From: an uncultured virus (IMG/VR IMGVR_UViG_3300008113_000015)
Lineage: Duplodnaviria > Heunggongvirae > Uroviricota > Caudoviricetes
IMG/VR virus record: IMGVR_UViG_3300008113_000015
Location: 1 to 64,000 of that record
DNA length: 64,000 nucleotides
Direction: 5' to 3' (one strand)
A program made the translations under genes and the position numbers. Every line of letters starts with the position of its first letter. Positions within the stretch are counted from its first letter, which is position 1. Below are positions 1 to 9,137 of the stretch, one piece after another. The notes under the pieces are model-generated. The model did no database searches and was not told the origin of the DNA. It saw only the letters and a program-made list of their open reading frames with translations.

Positions 1-354
1 CTGGATCTCCCAGGGTTGGTCCAGATACGGTACCTTGCGTCCGTAGTATTTGCCTTTCCACAGCTTGCCACGTGGTGTCAACTGCAGGGTGCCCTTGGCA
101 AACTGTGCTACATGAGTAAGCTCATGCGCAAGGGTAGCACCCAACACGGCTATGTCCTTGACAGGTCGGAGCACAACCAAGTAGGTGTCCATACCTTTAA
201 GTGGCACAGTGGTGCCTAGATCTTCAAGGTCGGGATCTATTATAACATGCAGGAGCTTCTTGCTTTTGGTCAGTTTTAACTGTTCCAACATAGAAGGAAG
301 CAGACTCTCAACAAAACGTTTGGTTTTGGTACTGCCTTCGACATGAAATTCCAT
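1..354 (-). CDS. HExxH zinc metallopeptidase-like protein (runs off window edge; not in ORF track)
   Basis: Manual translation MEFHVEGSTKT...LAHELTHVAQF...DQPWEIQ; AAGGAG RBS and sigma70 promoter upstream. Confidence 0.75.
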   Translation of the reverse strand, partial: MEFHVEGSTKTKRFVESLLPSMLEQLKLTKSKKLLHVIIDPDLEDLGTTVPLKGMDTYLVVLRPVKDIAVLGATLAHELTHVAQFAKGTLQLTPRGKLWKGKYYGRKVPYLDQPWEIQ

Positions 355-383
355 GCATTACTCCTTGTTTTTAATGTATTCTA

Positions 384-412
384 ATTATAGCAAAAGGCGA
401 ATTATTGGTCAA
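384..412 (-). promoter_or_regulatory. sigma70-type early promoter
   Basis: TTGACC-N17-TATAAT with TG extension. Confidence 0.85.
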
Positions 413-476
413 CCACAGGATATAGGAATATATTAGTAGAAACCACTAGTGGTAAATACTGAGAAGGAAAACAAAC

Positions 477-647
477 ATGACCGCAACCATAGCACGACTA
501 CTGGAACGCCTGGCTGAAATGTTCCCCAAGCAAGATTATCAATCACGTTTGGACCGCTACCTGAACAGCAAAAATGTTCAAAGCACGGCCGAGTTAGAGC
601 ACTGGGCACGCCAGTACGATCACAACCAACGCGGGTGGTCAATATGA
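477..647 (+). CDS. small DUF3563-like protein (56 aa)
   Basis: MTATIARLLERLAEMFPKQDYQSRLDRYLNSK...ELEHWARQYD; AAGGA RBS; TAAATA at 453-458. Confidence 0.6.
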   Translation: MTATIARLLERLAEMFPKQDYQSRLDRYLNSKNVQSTAELEHWARQYDHNQRGWSI

Positions 648-736
648 AAAAAGCACTGCAAACAATTGTGGATTTTTTTATTGAGTACGGCGAATACCGA
701 GCCAAGACTTACCACAAGTACAAGTCTTGGTATTGA
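644..736 (+). CDS. 30-aa hypothetical peptide
   Basis: ATGA overlap with the previous gene; MKKALQTIVDFFIEYGEYRAKTYHKYKSWY. Confidence 0.45.
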   Translation: MKKALQTIVDFFIEYGEYRAKTYHKYKSWY

Positions 737-747
737 CTAAAATCTGG

Positions 748-996
748 TCAACTTGGACGTAATAACCAGCCTTGGCCAGAAATTCGATGATACCAGCAAT
801 AAAAAGGTTCATCGATGATCAATTTGTAGTTTTTGCATAGATGCCAATATTTTGGCAAAATTTCCATGCCATCAATAAACACTGTGTCTGTGCTGGAAAA
901 CTGCAAGACATCATGTAGCCCTGCACGACTCAAGACTCCGTTGCATTCTATATCCAAGTGGTAGTCAGTACCCAGCAGATCGAAAAAGTTGTTCAT
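748..996 (-). CDS. hypothetical protein coupled to radical SAM gene
   Basis: ORF overlapping the end of the radical SAM gene. Confidence 0.6.
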   Translation of the reverse strand: MNNFFDLLGTDYHLDIECNGVLSRAGLHDVLQFSSTDTVFIDGMEILPKYWHLCKNYKLIIDEPFYCWYHRISGQGWLLRPS

Positions 997-2239
997 ACTC
1001 TGGTAGATAGTCTAAGATGCTGTTTTTGCGATTGCCTTCGAGCTGTTTTAAAAACTGCACCAAGTCTGGCAAGCGATGACTTTCGTCTGGTTTGTTTTTC
1101 AAGTAGTTTACATAACTCTGTAAATCTTGTACGACCTGTTGCTGGGCAACGTTAGGGTTTCGTATGTTTATTATGGTTTCAGAATCAACAGTATGTTGGT
1201 CAACCCAGTGCTGTAGCTCATCAATAATATGCTGTCTATATTCAATTGGCAACACCGCAGGTCTCAAACATTCTGGCTGATTTAAAAAATTACAACTTTC
1301 CACAGTGATGTTGTGATTCCAGGCATATTCATAAATTTCCAACATGTGTCCAACTGTGAGTGCAGTGGGGGTAATTCTAAATTGGGTAAGCCATTCATGT
1401 TCTTTAGCCACAGCAAGCCAACGATTCATGGTCTCAAACACTGTAGACAAGCTCACAGGGTAACGAACGTAATCATTAACGTGTTTGAAACTTTCTACGC
1501 TCATTCCAAGATTTACGCCCTGGAACTGTTTCAGCAAATCAACAACATCGTCGCGCCAGACACCAAGGTTGGTTGTAAATCCAACAGTGGCGGTGCGATG
1601 CAAGCCGGCGTGAATCAACGCTTCAAGAATAATCTTAAACGCAGGAGTGATCAGTGTTTCGCCGCCAATGAAATGTAGATACTGTATGTGCGGACTAGAA
1701 ACAAGGGCGTCAACTAGTCGTTGCACCAATACAGGATCGTCGGTCCAATTGGCAGGTACATTATCGCTGACTATTCCAATCTTTTTAAATTCAGCAGCCA
1801 GACGAGAACTCGAATGAGGGCTACAAAACACACAGGCGCCGTTGCAATAATTGCCAAGGTCTATTTGCCAGTCCTGGGGCATTTGTGTGGTTGTAGCACC
1901 TTTGGCAAATTCCTTGGACCAAGGGCTAGATACCAGTGTTTTTTCAAACTGTTCGATACGAACACCTATTTTCAGCAACTGTTTTTGTCGGCCGCTGACT
2001 TTGTTGTGTTGCTCCATCTGTGTGCAGTCAGCACAGCCCACTGGCAATTCACCATTGAGAAACTGTTGCCTGACCGCAGACATTTGATGCTGAAAGAACT
2101 CTGCCGGTGTTGCAGTGCGTATACTGCCAGCAGAATTTCTTTGATCTTTGGTAGCCCAACGACAGTACTCATAGTGGCCAGCATTGTTGATTCTCATATG
2201 CAGCCAAGGGCTAGAACAGAAGTTGGACTTTAAATTCAT
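965..2239 (-). CDS. radical SAM protein with N-terminal Cys-rich (SPASM/twitch-like) domain
   Basis: CNGACVFC (CxxxCxxC), GGE motif, TTN; N-terminal CSSPW...C...CADC. Confidence 0.9.
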   Translation of the reverse strand: MNLKSNFCSSPWLHMRINNAGHYEYCRWATKDQRNSAGSIRTATPAEFFQHQMSAVRQQFLNGELPVGCADCTQMEQHNKVSGRQKQLLKIGVRIEQFEKTLVSSPWSKEFAKGATTTQMPQDWQIDLGNYCNGACVFCSPHSSSRLAAEFKKIGIVSDNVPANWTDDPVLVQRLVDALVSSPHIQYLHFIGGETLITPAFKIILEALIHAGLHRTATVGFTTNLGVWRDDVVDLLKQFQGVNLGMSVESFKHVNDYVRYPVSLSTVFETMNRWLAVAKEHEWLTQFRITPTALTVGHMLEIYEYAWNHNITVESCNFLNQPECLRPAVLPIEYRQHIIDELQHWVDQHTVDSETIINIRNPNVAQQQVVQDLQSYVNYLKNKPDESHRLPDLVQFLKQLEGNRKNSILDYLPEYEQLFRSAGY

Positions 2240-2862
2240 CAGGTTCGGTTTTCTACAATCTTATCAGCAAGACCCATATTTACTGCTTCTTGTGCTGACA
2301 GGAAAGTATCGAACTTCATGAGCTGGTAAAACTCGTCGTAGGTCTTGCCTGCGGTGTTGTGTTTGACATACAACTCAGTGAGTCGACGATTTACCCGCTG
2401 ACTTTCTTCAAACGCACGTTTTGAGTCTTCAAATTGCAGTTCTTGCACATGCACTGAACCACGAGTGCCCGGGGTACCAGAACTAACACGATGAATCATA
2501 GTGCGGCTTTCAGGCAGTACAAATCGTTTGCCCGCGGCACCTGCTTGTGCTAAAAATGAACCCATAGAGCAAGCTTGACCAATCACAATGGTATGCACAT
2601 CAGGACGAATAAACTGCATGGTATCGTAGATGGCCAGGCCGGCTGACACTGACCCACCGGGCGAGTTGATGTAAAAACTGATGTCTTTGTCAGGGTCTTC
2701 GGCTTCTAAAAACAGCAACTGGGCCACAATCAAACTGGCAGTATGCTCGTTTACATCTGTGTCCAACATCACCACGCGGTCTCGTAGCAAGCGACTGTAG
2801 ATGTCGTAGCTACGCTCGCCTTTTGAGGTTTGTTCAACAACCATGGGGATCAAACTGGGCAT
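2239..2862 (-). CDS. clpP: ATP-dependent Clp protease proteolytic subunit
   Basis: [40 protein letters not shown]; start corrected to the ATG after the AGGAG RBS. Confidence 0.95.
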   Translation of the reverse strand: MPSLIPMVVEQTSKGERSYDIYSRLLRDRVVMLDTDVNEHTASLIVAQLLFLEAEDPDKDISFYINSPGGSVSAGLAIYDTMQFIRPDVHTIVIGQACSMGSFLAQAGAAGKRFVLPESRTMIHRVSSGTPGTRGSVHVQELQFEDSKRAFEESQRVNRRLTELYVKHNTAGKTYDEFYQLMKFDTFLSAQEAVNMGLADKIVENRT

Positions 2863-2923
2863 AAATTCTCCTATGTTAAGTAATGCGTTAGGATAAGTAT
2901 AACATATTCTTCCGGAAAACACA

Positions 2924-4468
2924 ATGAGAGACCTGCTCAATATACTCGACTCAGTACTCAATGAGGTAACAATTTCCAAGGCCAAATATGGTCCTGGCAC
3001 CCAGTTCTCGCTCAGTGGTGGCGCGGCTGGGCAAAAAATGCTGGCCATGATGCAACAGCAGGAATTTGACCCTACTCCTCCCTTAACCATGCAAGATGTC
3101 AACAGCATGAGCAACGAAGAAATTCTTGGTTTGCCCACGGTCACTGTGGGTTCAGGTCCTGATGGTTATGTGTTTTCCAACAACGCTGGTCAAATGCTGT
3201 TGGTAACCGGCAGTGCCAGTGCTATTGGTCCCATGTTCAATGCCTACAGTGGTGCAGGTGCTCAGTCCGACGACGCCGAAGGTAAGATTGCTAACCGTGG
3301 AGAAACTTCTGAAGGTATTTTAGGAGCTGCCATGTTTGCCAAGTTCACCAAACGTGAACCCAATGAAGAAATTGGCACAGTAACACCGCAAGATATTAAC
3401 ACAGTGCTTGACAATCTCAAACAAACCGGCGAAGATCAATACGAAGTCGAAGTACAAGATTTTGATAATAAACATGCTGACTCAGTGACCTTTGTGTTGA
3501 GACTGAAGTCAGGACCTTATGCAGATTTGATGGATCCCGCCAAACGCGGACTGTTGGCCAACGAGTTTTCCAGTGCCGCAGGCTACGTCAACAGTGCCGA
3601 TGCCGAACGCTACAGTCGTTACTTTTATATCAACGGCAAAGCAGATCAGATTGTGATCATGGCCGACGGAGTCACTGGTGAAAAAACACAAAAGACTGAT
3701 GTCTGGGTCTACGTCACAGATGAAAATGGGCAGCCGCGCAAACTACGACTCAACACCAGTTTGAAAGTTGGGGGTATTGGACAGTTTGGTCAGGTAGGTG
3801 GAGACAGCGAAGAAACACAACAGACCTTGTGGAACTACTTTGGTATTGATGTTGATCCGGCCTTGAAGAATTTTGGAACCAAGGTCAAAAAAGATCCACG
3901 ACAAGCTTTCAAAAATGTGTACCAATATGCAGCCAAACAAATTGACGATCAACTGCAAGGTGCTGATGCTGACCAAGAAGCTGCTGTGATCAACAACATT
4001 GCACAGGGTATCACACACTTTGCTACCTTGGGCGATCCTCGAGTCGAACTGGTAGACTTCAACAAAGGTGGATTCAAAATTCTAAGGTTCAACAATCTGG
4101 TGCAAAAATTGCAAACTGTTAATCTAGCAGCCAGTTATGTAGACGACAAAAAATGGCCTGAGGTTTCAATTCACGAACGTGGCAATCCCAAAAACAAACT
4201 GCTTACCGTGCGCATGAAAATTGAAAACAAGCCCACTAAGAAAAACCCTGATGCACTGTACATCCGCAACTATATTGAAAAAGAATCTTTGTTGGAAAAG
4301 CTCACTGAATATCGCAGAGCTAGTTGGGACGAAGCCGGTGGTGTAAGTACAGATGATTTAGATCAACAGTTGAAAAAACCACGACTGCGTGGTCCTGGCG
4401 CCAAAGCAGCACAACGATCAGTGGAACCCAAGACTGACGTTGAGACTTTGGGGAGGAAAAAACGATGA
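2924..4468 (+). CDS. hypothetical protein, possible PD-(D/E)XK nuclease-like domain; putative virion/internal protein
   Basis: NRGETSEG...KTDV...SLK motif spacing; TAAGTA upstream. Confidence 0.45.
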   Translation: MRDLLNILDSVLNEVTISKAKYGPGTQFSLSGGAAGQKMLAMMQQQEFDPTPPLTMQDVNSMSNEEILGLPTVTVGSGPDGYVFSNNAGQMLLVTGSASAIGPMFNAYSGAGAQSDDAEGKIANRGETSEGILGAAMFAKFTKREPNEEIGTVTPQDINTVLDNLKQTGEDQYEVEVQDFDNKHADSVTFVLRLKSGPYADLMDPAKRGLLANEFSSAAGYVNSADAERYSRYFYINGKADQIVIMADGVTGEKTQKTDVWVYVTDENGQPRKLRLNTSLKVGGIGQFGQVGGDSEETQQTLWNYFGIDVDPALKNFGTKVKKDPRQAFKNVYQYAAKQIDDQLQGADADQEAAVINNIAQGITHFATLGDPRVELVDFNKGGFKILRFNNLVQKLQTVNLAASYVDDKKWPEVSIHERGNPKNKLLTVRMKIENKPTKKNPDALYIRNYIEKESLLEKLTEYRRASWDEAGGVSTDDLDQQLKKPRLRGPGAKAAQRSVEPKTDVETLGRKKR

Positions 4469-5313
4469 GAGCACAAGAATTTGCAACTGAAGCACAAGAA
4501 CTAGATGAGATAGTACGCCTGGGTGCTGCTGGGTTCAGTGGTGGTAAAGGATATCTCAACTCCTATGGCAGAGAAAAGTCAGTGCGTGAACTTCCTGGTG
4601 GCAGTGGACTATTGTATAGCGTGACCAAAGACAGTGGTGATTTCATAATCAAAATGTGGGATCCTGTCAACAAAGGTGAATTTCAACCAGCACCTATAGG
4701 TCCTCGTCCGTCATATTATACTAGACGTGAATGGCAAAGCAGAATTGAATACCTGCAACAACGAGATGTTCGACGCAAGGCAGAGTTTGATCGAGCTCCT
4801 GGTAACCTGATTGGACAACTTACAGTTGATAGCGTGGGTCGCAGTTTCCCCATGCCTGGTGCTGTGCAAGTAGGAACAATCACTGTGGATGAAGACTATC
4901 GCGGTGGCGGTATTGCCAAAGCATTGTATGGCATAGTACTGACCATAATGAAACGTCCCTTACTGGCGGGCACCAGTCAAACGCCCGGCGGTCGTAAAAA
5001 CTGGCTGAGCCTGAGTCAGATCCCTGGCGTGCAAATGAAAGGATATTTCAGCATAGATGACGATGAACTAGATACTGATCCAAGAATTAACAACCCAAGA
5101 AGTTCTAAACGAGCGGATCAGAACATTGATACCATCATGGGCAAGCTGGGCGGAGAATATATAGGACAAGGCTATGATGGACATTATTTTGCCTTTGATG
5201 TCAAACCAAACACCTCCAAGCAAGAACTTGAATCATACATAAACACAAATCTAAGCCGAGTCTACGGCGGTGGTTATGGTTCGGGTGGCCTATACGCTGT
5301 TTGGACTGGCTGA
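4465..5313 (+). CDS. GNAT-family acetyltransferase-like protein
   Basis: VDEDYRGGGIAKALY acetyl-CoA binding motif A. Confidence 0.7.
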   Translation: MRAQEFATEAQELDEIVRLGAAGFSGGKGYLNSYGREKSVRELPGGSGLLYSVTKDSGDFIIKMWDPVNKGEFQPAPIGPRPSYYTRREWQSRIEYLQQRDVRRKAEFDRAPGNLIGQLTVDSVGRSFPMPGAVQVGTITVDEDYRGGGIAKALYGIVLTIMKRPLLAGTSQTPGGRKNWLSLSQIPGVQMKGYFSIDDDELDTDPRINNPRSSKRADQNIDTIMGKLGGEYIGQGYDGHYFAFDVKPNTSKQELESYINTNLSRVYGGGYGSGGLYAVWTG

Positions 5314-5315
5314 GC

Positions 5316-5888
5316 CTAGCGAGACAACTGGCTGATGTGGTCACAGATACCTAGTTTGAGTGCTTCTTCGGCACTCAAGTAAACATCATGTGGGGGCAAT
5401 AGGTACTGTTTGATTTCGTCTTCACTCAGTCCGGTACAACTCACATAGTGATTGACCATGCGTGTTTGTGTGAGTCCAAACTCTTTCATTGTGGCCAACA
5501 GTTCATGATGTTTACCATCACTGCCCCAGGCATACTGATGACTCATGATTGACGTGTTGGGAGTAAGTGTTCTGCGCCCTGCACTTCCTGCCAAAAAGAT
5601 CAGCAATCCTGCTGATGCAATCTGTCCCAGACCCACTGTTTTGATAGCTATGTTGGAACTGCGCATCACATCAATCAAGGCAAATGCGGCACTCATGTCT
5701 CCACCTTCGCTACAGATCATCAACAGTAGTTCTTTTTTCTTTTTCTTGGTCACAAAGTTTTCGTACAAAATCCATTCTACTATGGGCGCGATACTGTCTT
5801 GTGTGACTTCGTCCATGAACACATACATGCCGTTGTCATGCAGTGCTTCACTGTGGTTGGTTTCTGGTACGTTGGTGTCTTGAGCCAT
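5316..5888 (-). CDS. second, divergent ClpP-family protease
   Basis: ICSEGG, IASAG (Ser), MSHQ (His), PHDVYLSAEEA (Asp). Confidence 0.85.
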   Translation of the reverse strand: MAQDTNVPETNHSEALHDNGMYVFMDEVTQDSIAPIVEWILYENFVTKKKKKELLLMICSEGGDMSAAFALIDVMRSSNIAIKTVGLGQIASAGLLIFLAGSAGRRTLTPNTSIMSHQYAWGSDGKHHELLATMKEFGLTQTRMVNHYVSCTGLSEDEIKQYLLPPHDVYLSAEEALKLGICDHISQLSR

Positions 5889-5896
5889 GTTTTATA

Positions 5897-5924
5897 AAAG
5901 AAAAAAGCAGCCCGGAGGCTGCTT
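5897..5924 (-). terminator. intrinsic terminator
   Basis: AAGCAGCC-TCCG-GGCTGCTT plus T-run. Confidence 0.8.
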
Positions 5925-5939
5925 CTATTTATGGGCAGT

Positions 5940-6515
5940 TTATTCAGTGCGTTTGCCTTGTGTGTCAAGTTCTTTGAAAGCCGCATCTGACTGTCGCTGT
6001 ACTTGATTTTGTGCACGAATTTGATCACGGCGTTGTTGTATTTGATTGGCAGTGCCTGTGGGCAAAGCAACCAACACATAACTACGGAATCTAGCGCCTT
6101 CGGCCAATCGTTTTACTTCTACAATTTCAGCACCTGTTATGTCCACGGTACGACACATTGATCGAATTGCAACCGAGCTATTTTCCACACTTTGTTCGCC
6201 TACGTCAGCACGGAATAGCTTGGAGTTTTTGTCTACTTCTCCACCAGCGGCCATGCAAATTTTACCAAAAGCTACTGTTTTAGCCTTTTCGTCAGCCATG
6301 GACAAATCTGCACTGACCGCACTACCGTTGGCATAAACAGCGGCGTTGGATTTGGGCAATTCAGTCATCCACTTAGGTGCCTTGTCGATAGCTCGTTCAG
6401 CATATTGCTCACGCTTCTGCGTTTCTTCGTAGGCCCTGCGTTCATACGTTTCTTTGGGAGCGGAACTGCAAGCAGAGAGAGCAGCCACAGCAATAAGTGT
6501 AATAAAATGTTTCAT
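5940..6515 (-). CDS. lipoprotein (LPP20-like)
   Basis: Signal peptide with lipobox LSAC. Confidence 0.7.
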   Translation of the reverse strand: MKHFITLIAVAALSACSSAPKETYERRAYEETQKREQYAERAIDKAPKWMTELPKSNAAVYANGSAVSADLSMADEKAKTVAFGKICMAAGGEVDKNSKLFRADVGEQSVENSSVAIRSMCRTVDITGAEIVEVKRLAEGARFRSYVLVALPTGTANQIQQRRDQIRAQNQVQRQSDAAFKELDTQGKRTE

Positions 6516-6525
6516 AGATTTGTCC

Positions 6526-6648
6526 TTAACGTGATTTAACCCAATCGCCAGCTTTTTTCAAGTCATCGCCGGCACCACCTACCAAACCGCCTACAGTACC
6601 ACATGCAGACAGCACAAACGCAACAGCCAAGATTGCGATATGTTTCAT
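6526..6648 (-). CDS. small entericidin-like lipoprotein (40 aa; not in ORF track)
   Basis: MKHIAILAVAFVLSACGTVGGLVGGAGDDLKKAGDWVKSR; GGAG RBS. Confidence 0.7.
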   Translation of the reverse strand: MKHIAILAVAFVLSACGTVGGLVGGAGDDLKKAGDWVKSR

Positions 6649-6675
6649 AAAAACTCCAAAGTTATAAAGATACTG

Positions 6676-7263
6676 TTATTGTACACGAGGAGACTGTTTG
6701 ATGTCAACCACTAACCAGCGATTGTCAGTGGTTTGGCAAATTATCCCGCCGATGCGACCAGAAGGGTGTTTGAATTCCAAACAGGTACTACCAGGATACT
6801 GTTGGTGACTGAATGGTCGTCGACCATGATTGTACAACGGAAATTCGTGCAGTTGTCCAGCATACCCCACAGCATACACTGTGTTTATTCTTGGGGTTCC
6901 CACTTCTGGGGAGTCATTGCAGTTCAGGGTTTTACGACTGGCCACTTGGATACTGCCAATTTGTTCGTGTATGGCGTCTTTGGCTCGCTGTGTGGCCATG
7001 GTACAAGCTTCCGAAGCTGGCCTGCCATCTGCCCAGGCAAAACGACCAGTGCCTACGAATTCCACATCATTGTGTTCGGCCTGTACCGTAGACACACATT
7101 CTCGCCAGCCGTATGCCTGTGTCCATACTGAGCTGTCTAAAATTTTGATCTTGTTTAACACACTCACTCCTTGTGTTACGGTGCGCGAGCTCATTGAGCA
7201 CACGTCAGGCTGACCTGAGGCCAACGCCGGCACCATGGTTAAAAGAACTAGTAATTTTTTCAT
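6676..7263 (-). CDS. secreted Cys-rich hypothetical protein
   Basis: Signal peptide MKKLLVLLTMVPALA. Confidence 0.6.
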   Translation of the reverse strand: MKKLLVLLTMVPALASGQPDVCSMSSRTVTQGVSVLNKIKILDSSVWTQAYGWRECVSTVQAEHNDVEFVGTGRFAWADGRPASEACTMATQRAKDAIHEQIGSIQVASRKTLNCNDSPEVGTPRINTVYAVGYAGQLHEFPLYNHGRRPFSHQQYPGSTCLEFKHPSGRIGGIICQTTDNRWLVVDIKQSPRVQ

Positions 7264-7440
7264 TTGAATTCACAAACCTGTTTGGCAAGTTCTTTAATTC
7301 GTTCGTTCATAGAAGTCTTTTCCAAGTTTAGCATCTACCATTCTATGACCATGCACATCCGCCCAGAACTGCTAACGCCACATAGGCAGCATGAGCCATG
7401 GCCGTGTGCAGTGTTTCAATTGGGTTTGTTGCTTGTGACA

Positions 7441-7629
7441 TTATTCTTCAACTCCGAAATGTTTTAGGATATCAAAAGCATTGTCATCGTCTGCAACAAG
7501 GTCAGCACATTCACGAACAATCAACTCGGCATATTTTTCCAAAGCGGCTTCCCATGGGACTCGCTTGGCACCAAGTCCGTATACATCAAGACCGCTTTGT
7601 CGTTCAAATTCTCGAAGTAGTTTGTTCAT
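7441..7629 (-). CDS. small phage hypothetical protein
   Basis: LEKYAELIVRECA...KHFGVEE; coupled to neighbours. Confidence 0.6.
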   Translation of the reverse strand: MNKLLREFERQSGLDVYGLGAKRVPWEAALEKYAELIVRECADLVADDDNAFDILKHFGVEE

Positions 7630-7775
7630 TGTATTTCTCGGTTAGGATGTTTTGGATTACGACGGTATTCGGTCTTGGGACGTTCCACACGACCGCGGAA
7701 AGGCAAGTCCTGATCAAACAGAGCACGGTGTCGACGCTCCTTGGGTATTTGTAATCGAAATTGTATAGGTTTCAT
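7626..7775 (-). CDS. ArfA-like basic peptide (49 aa)
   Basis: ALFDQDLPFRGRVERPKTEYRRNPKH resembles the ArfA core; ATGA overlap and GGAG RBS fix the start at 7775. Confidence 0.5.
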   Translation of the reverse strand: MKPIQFRLQIPKERRHRALFDQDLPFRGRVERPKTEYRRNPKHPNREIQ

Positions 7776-7987
7776 TCTAACTCTCCAGTTACGACATTGA
7801 CTTTGCCATTGTACACAGCACAAACTATTTCCTGGTTGGCAACTTTGAATGCAGTTTCATTGAAACGGTCAATGTATGCCTGTGCTTCTACGGCAGTGTC
7901 AAACTCTTTTTCCAATCTAACTTTGTGCAAATTGGGCCGTCCCAACTCAACAGGGTGAACTTGAACAATATGTTTAAATTTTGCCAT
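7772..7987 (-). CDS. hypothetical protein
   Basis: ORF with AAGGA RBS. Confidence 0.65.
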   Translation of the reverse strand: MAKFKHIVQVHPVELGRPNLHKVRLEKEFDTAVEAQAYIDRFNETAFKVANQEIVCAVYNGKVNVVTGELE

Positions 7988-8008
7988 TTCGATGATCCTT
8001 GCAGTTTA

Positions 8009-8245
8009 TTAACCCCAATCTTTTTTGTCGCCATTGGCTTCATTGTCGCGATAACCTGCTGTATAGGCCGCGAGCTCTGATGGGGTCATCTGCTCCATGT
8101 CAATGCGACGACTTCTGTGAGTGTCGCCTGCAAAGTAATGAGGCCAGTAGTCACGACCGTAGTAGCTGTCTGCTACGCCGCGATCGTATGGACTGCCATG
8201 GCGTTGATCATAATGACCAGATTGTGTAGTTGTTTCTGCCAACAT
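8009..8245 (-). CDS. hypothetical early protein
   Basis: RHGSPYDRGVADSYYGR...YTAGY; start corrected to the ATG downstream of the promoter. Confidence 0.7.
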   Translation of the reverse strand: MLAETTTQSGHYDQRHGSPYDRGVADSYYGRDYWPHYFAGDTHRSRRIDMEQMTPSELAAYTAGYRDNEANGDKKDWG

Positions 8246-8272
8246 TTTGTGTTCCTTTGTGTCTATGTGAGT

Positions 8273-8301
8273 ATTATAACAAATTGGCAATTTTGAGTCA
8301 A
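8273..8301 (-). promoter_or_regulatory. sigma70-type early promoter
   Basis: TTGACT-N17-TATAAT. Confidence 0.85.
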
Positions 8302-8303
8302 CC

Positions 8304-8327
8304 AAAAGAAAAGCCCCTTGCGGGGCT
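8304..8327 (-). terminator. intrinsic terminator
   Basis: AGCCCC-GCAA-GGGGCT plus TTTCTTTT. Confidence 0.85.
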
Positions 8328-8348
8328 CTAAAATGTAGTACTTGAGTA

Positions 8349-8624
8349 TTACTTTTTAGATGTGGTAGCTGTGTAGGCTTTCATGATGCCTTCACCAAAT
8401 TTGGTGTAGTCAAATTTCATAGCGTCTTGTGTGGCCTTGACCATTTCTGTGGTCAATGTGGTAAATGTGTCCATGCTCACTTTGGTGGCCTTTTTGGTGT
8501 AGTCAGCTTGAGCATCAATGAACTTGATCATTGCGTCTTTGGCTGTTTCATTTTGAACAAAAGTATTCACGAAAGTCTTTTTACCGGTTTGTACGGTGTC
8601 GATGATTGCGTCTGCTGTAAACAT
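8349..8624 (-). CDS. phasin-like (PHA granule-associated) protein
   Basis: 91-aa amphipathic helical Ala/Thr/Lys-rich protein; own promoter, AGGAG RBS and terminator; family call is inference. Confidence 0.5.
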   Translation of the reverse strand: MFTADAIIDTVQTGKKTFVNTFVQNETAKDAMIKFIDAQADYTKKATKVSMDTFTTLTTEMVKATQDAMKFDYTKFGEGIMKAYTATTSKK

Positions 8625-8685
8625 GTGTTTCTCCTAATTTAAGCGAGTTTGCTATAGGACCCGGCCTATCCAGCGTCCTATGTTG
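8625..8685 (-). promoter_or_regulatory. ROSE-like structured 5' leader
   Basis: AUAGGAC/GUCCUAU hairpin, then CUCGCU-UAAAUU-AGGAG. Confidence 0.55.
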
Positions 8686-8703
8686 TATTATATATGATAA
8701 TTT

Positions 8704-8718
8704 TGCTGCATTGCAACA
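8704..8718. promoter_or_regulatory. palindromic operator, PhaR-box-like
   Basis: TGCTGC-ATT-GCAACA over the -35 position of the TATAAT (8687-8692) promoter. Confidence 0.5.
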
Positions 8719-8799
8719 TATTTTCAGCACTTTAGTGACCATTCACTAATTTTAAATACATTGGCTGTGTCGATAGTAAATAGTATACAGGAGAACTTT

Positions 8800-9111
8800 A
8801 TGCTAAAAGCAATTTTTGATTGGTTTAAAAAACCCAGCCCTGCGGCACAAGCGCCAGCAGTACAACCAGAAGCTGTGCCCTACAAAGTAGAAGCACCTGC
8901 TCAGGTTGCCCCAGTGATAGAAGCCGCACCTGTTGTGGCCGCACCTGCTGACGTTGGCAAACCTGCAGATGACCGAGTAGAGGCCACTGCCCGACCTGCT
9001 CGCAAGCCCCGAGCCAAGCCAGCGGCAAAACCGGCAGCTGGATCAGCAACAAAACCGGCAGCGATCACAGCAGCCAAAAAGCCCCAAGGCCGCAAGCCAG
9101 CACAAAAATAA
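8800..9111 (+). CDS. Ala/Pro/Lys-rich protein with AAKP-type histone-like tail
   Basis: RAKPAAKPAAGSATKPAA; TAAATA at 8777-8782 and AGGAG RBS. Confidence 0.7.
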   Translation: MLKAIFDWFKKPSPAAQAPAVQPEAVPYKVEAPAQVAPVIEAAPVVAAPADVGKPADDRVEATARPARKPRAKPAAKPAAGSATKPAAITAAKKPQGRKPAQK

Positions 9112-9136
9112 AAAAAGCCCCAGAAGGGGCTTTTTT
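9111..9136. terminator. bidirectional intrinsic terminator
   Basis: AAAAAAGCCCC-AGAA-GGGGCTTTTTT between convergent genes. Confidence 0.9.
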
Positions 9137-9137
9137 A

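Noticed and set aside
2863..3144. N-terminal extension of the ClpP ORF to 301 aa
   Set aside because: It overlaps the divergent gene antisense; the canonical ClpP start with an AGGAG RBS is at 2862
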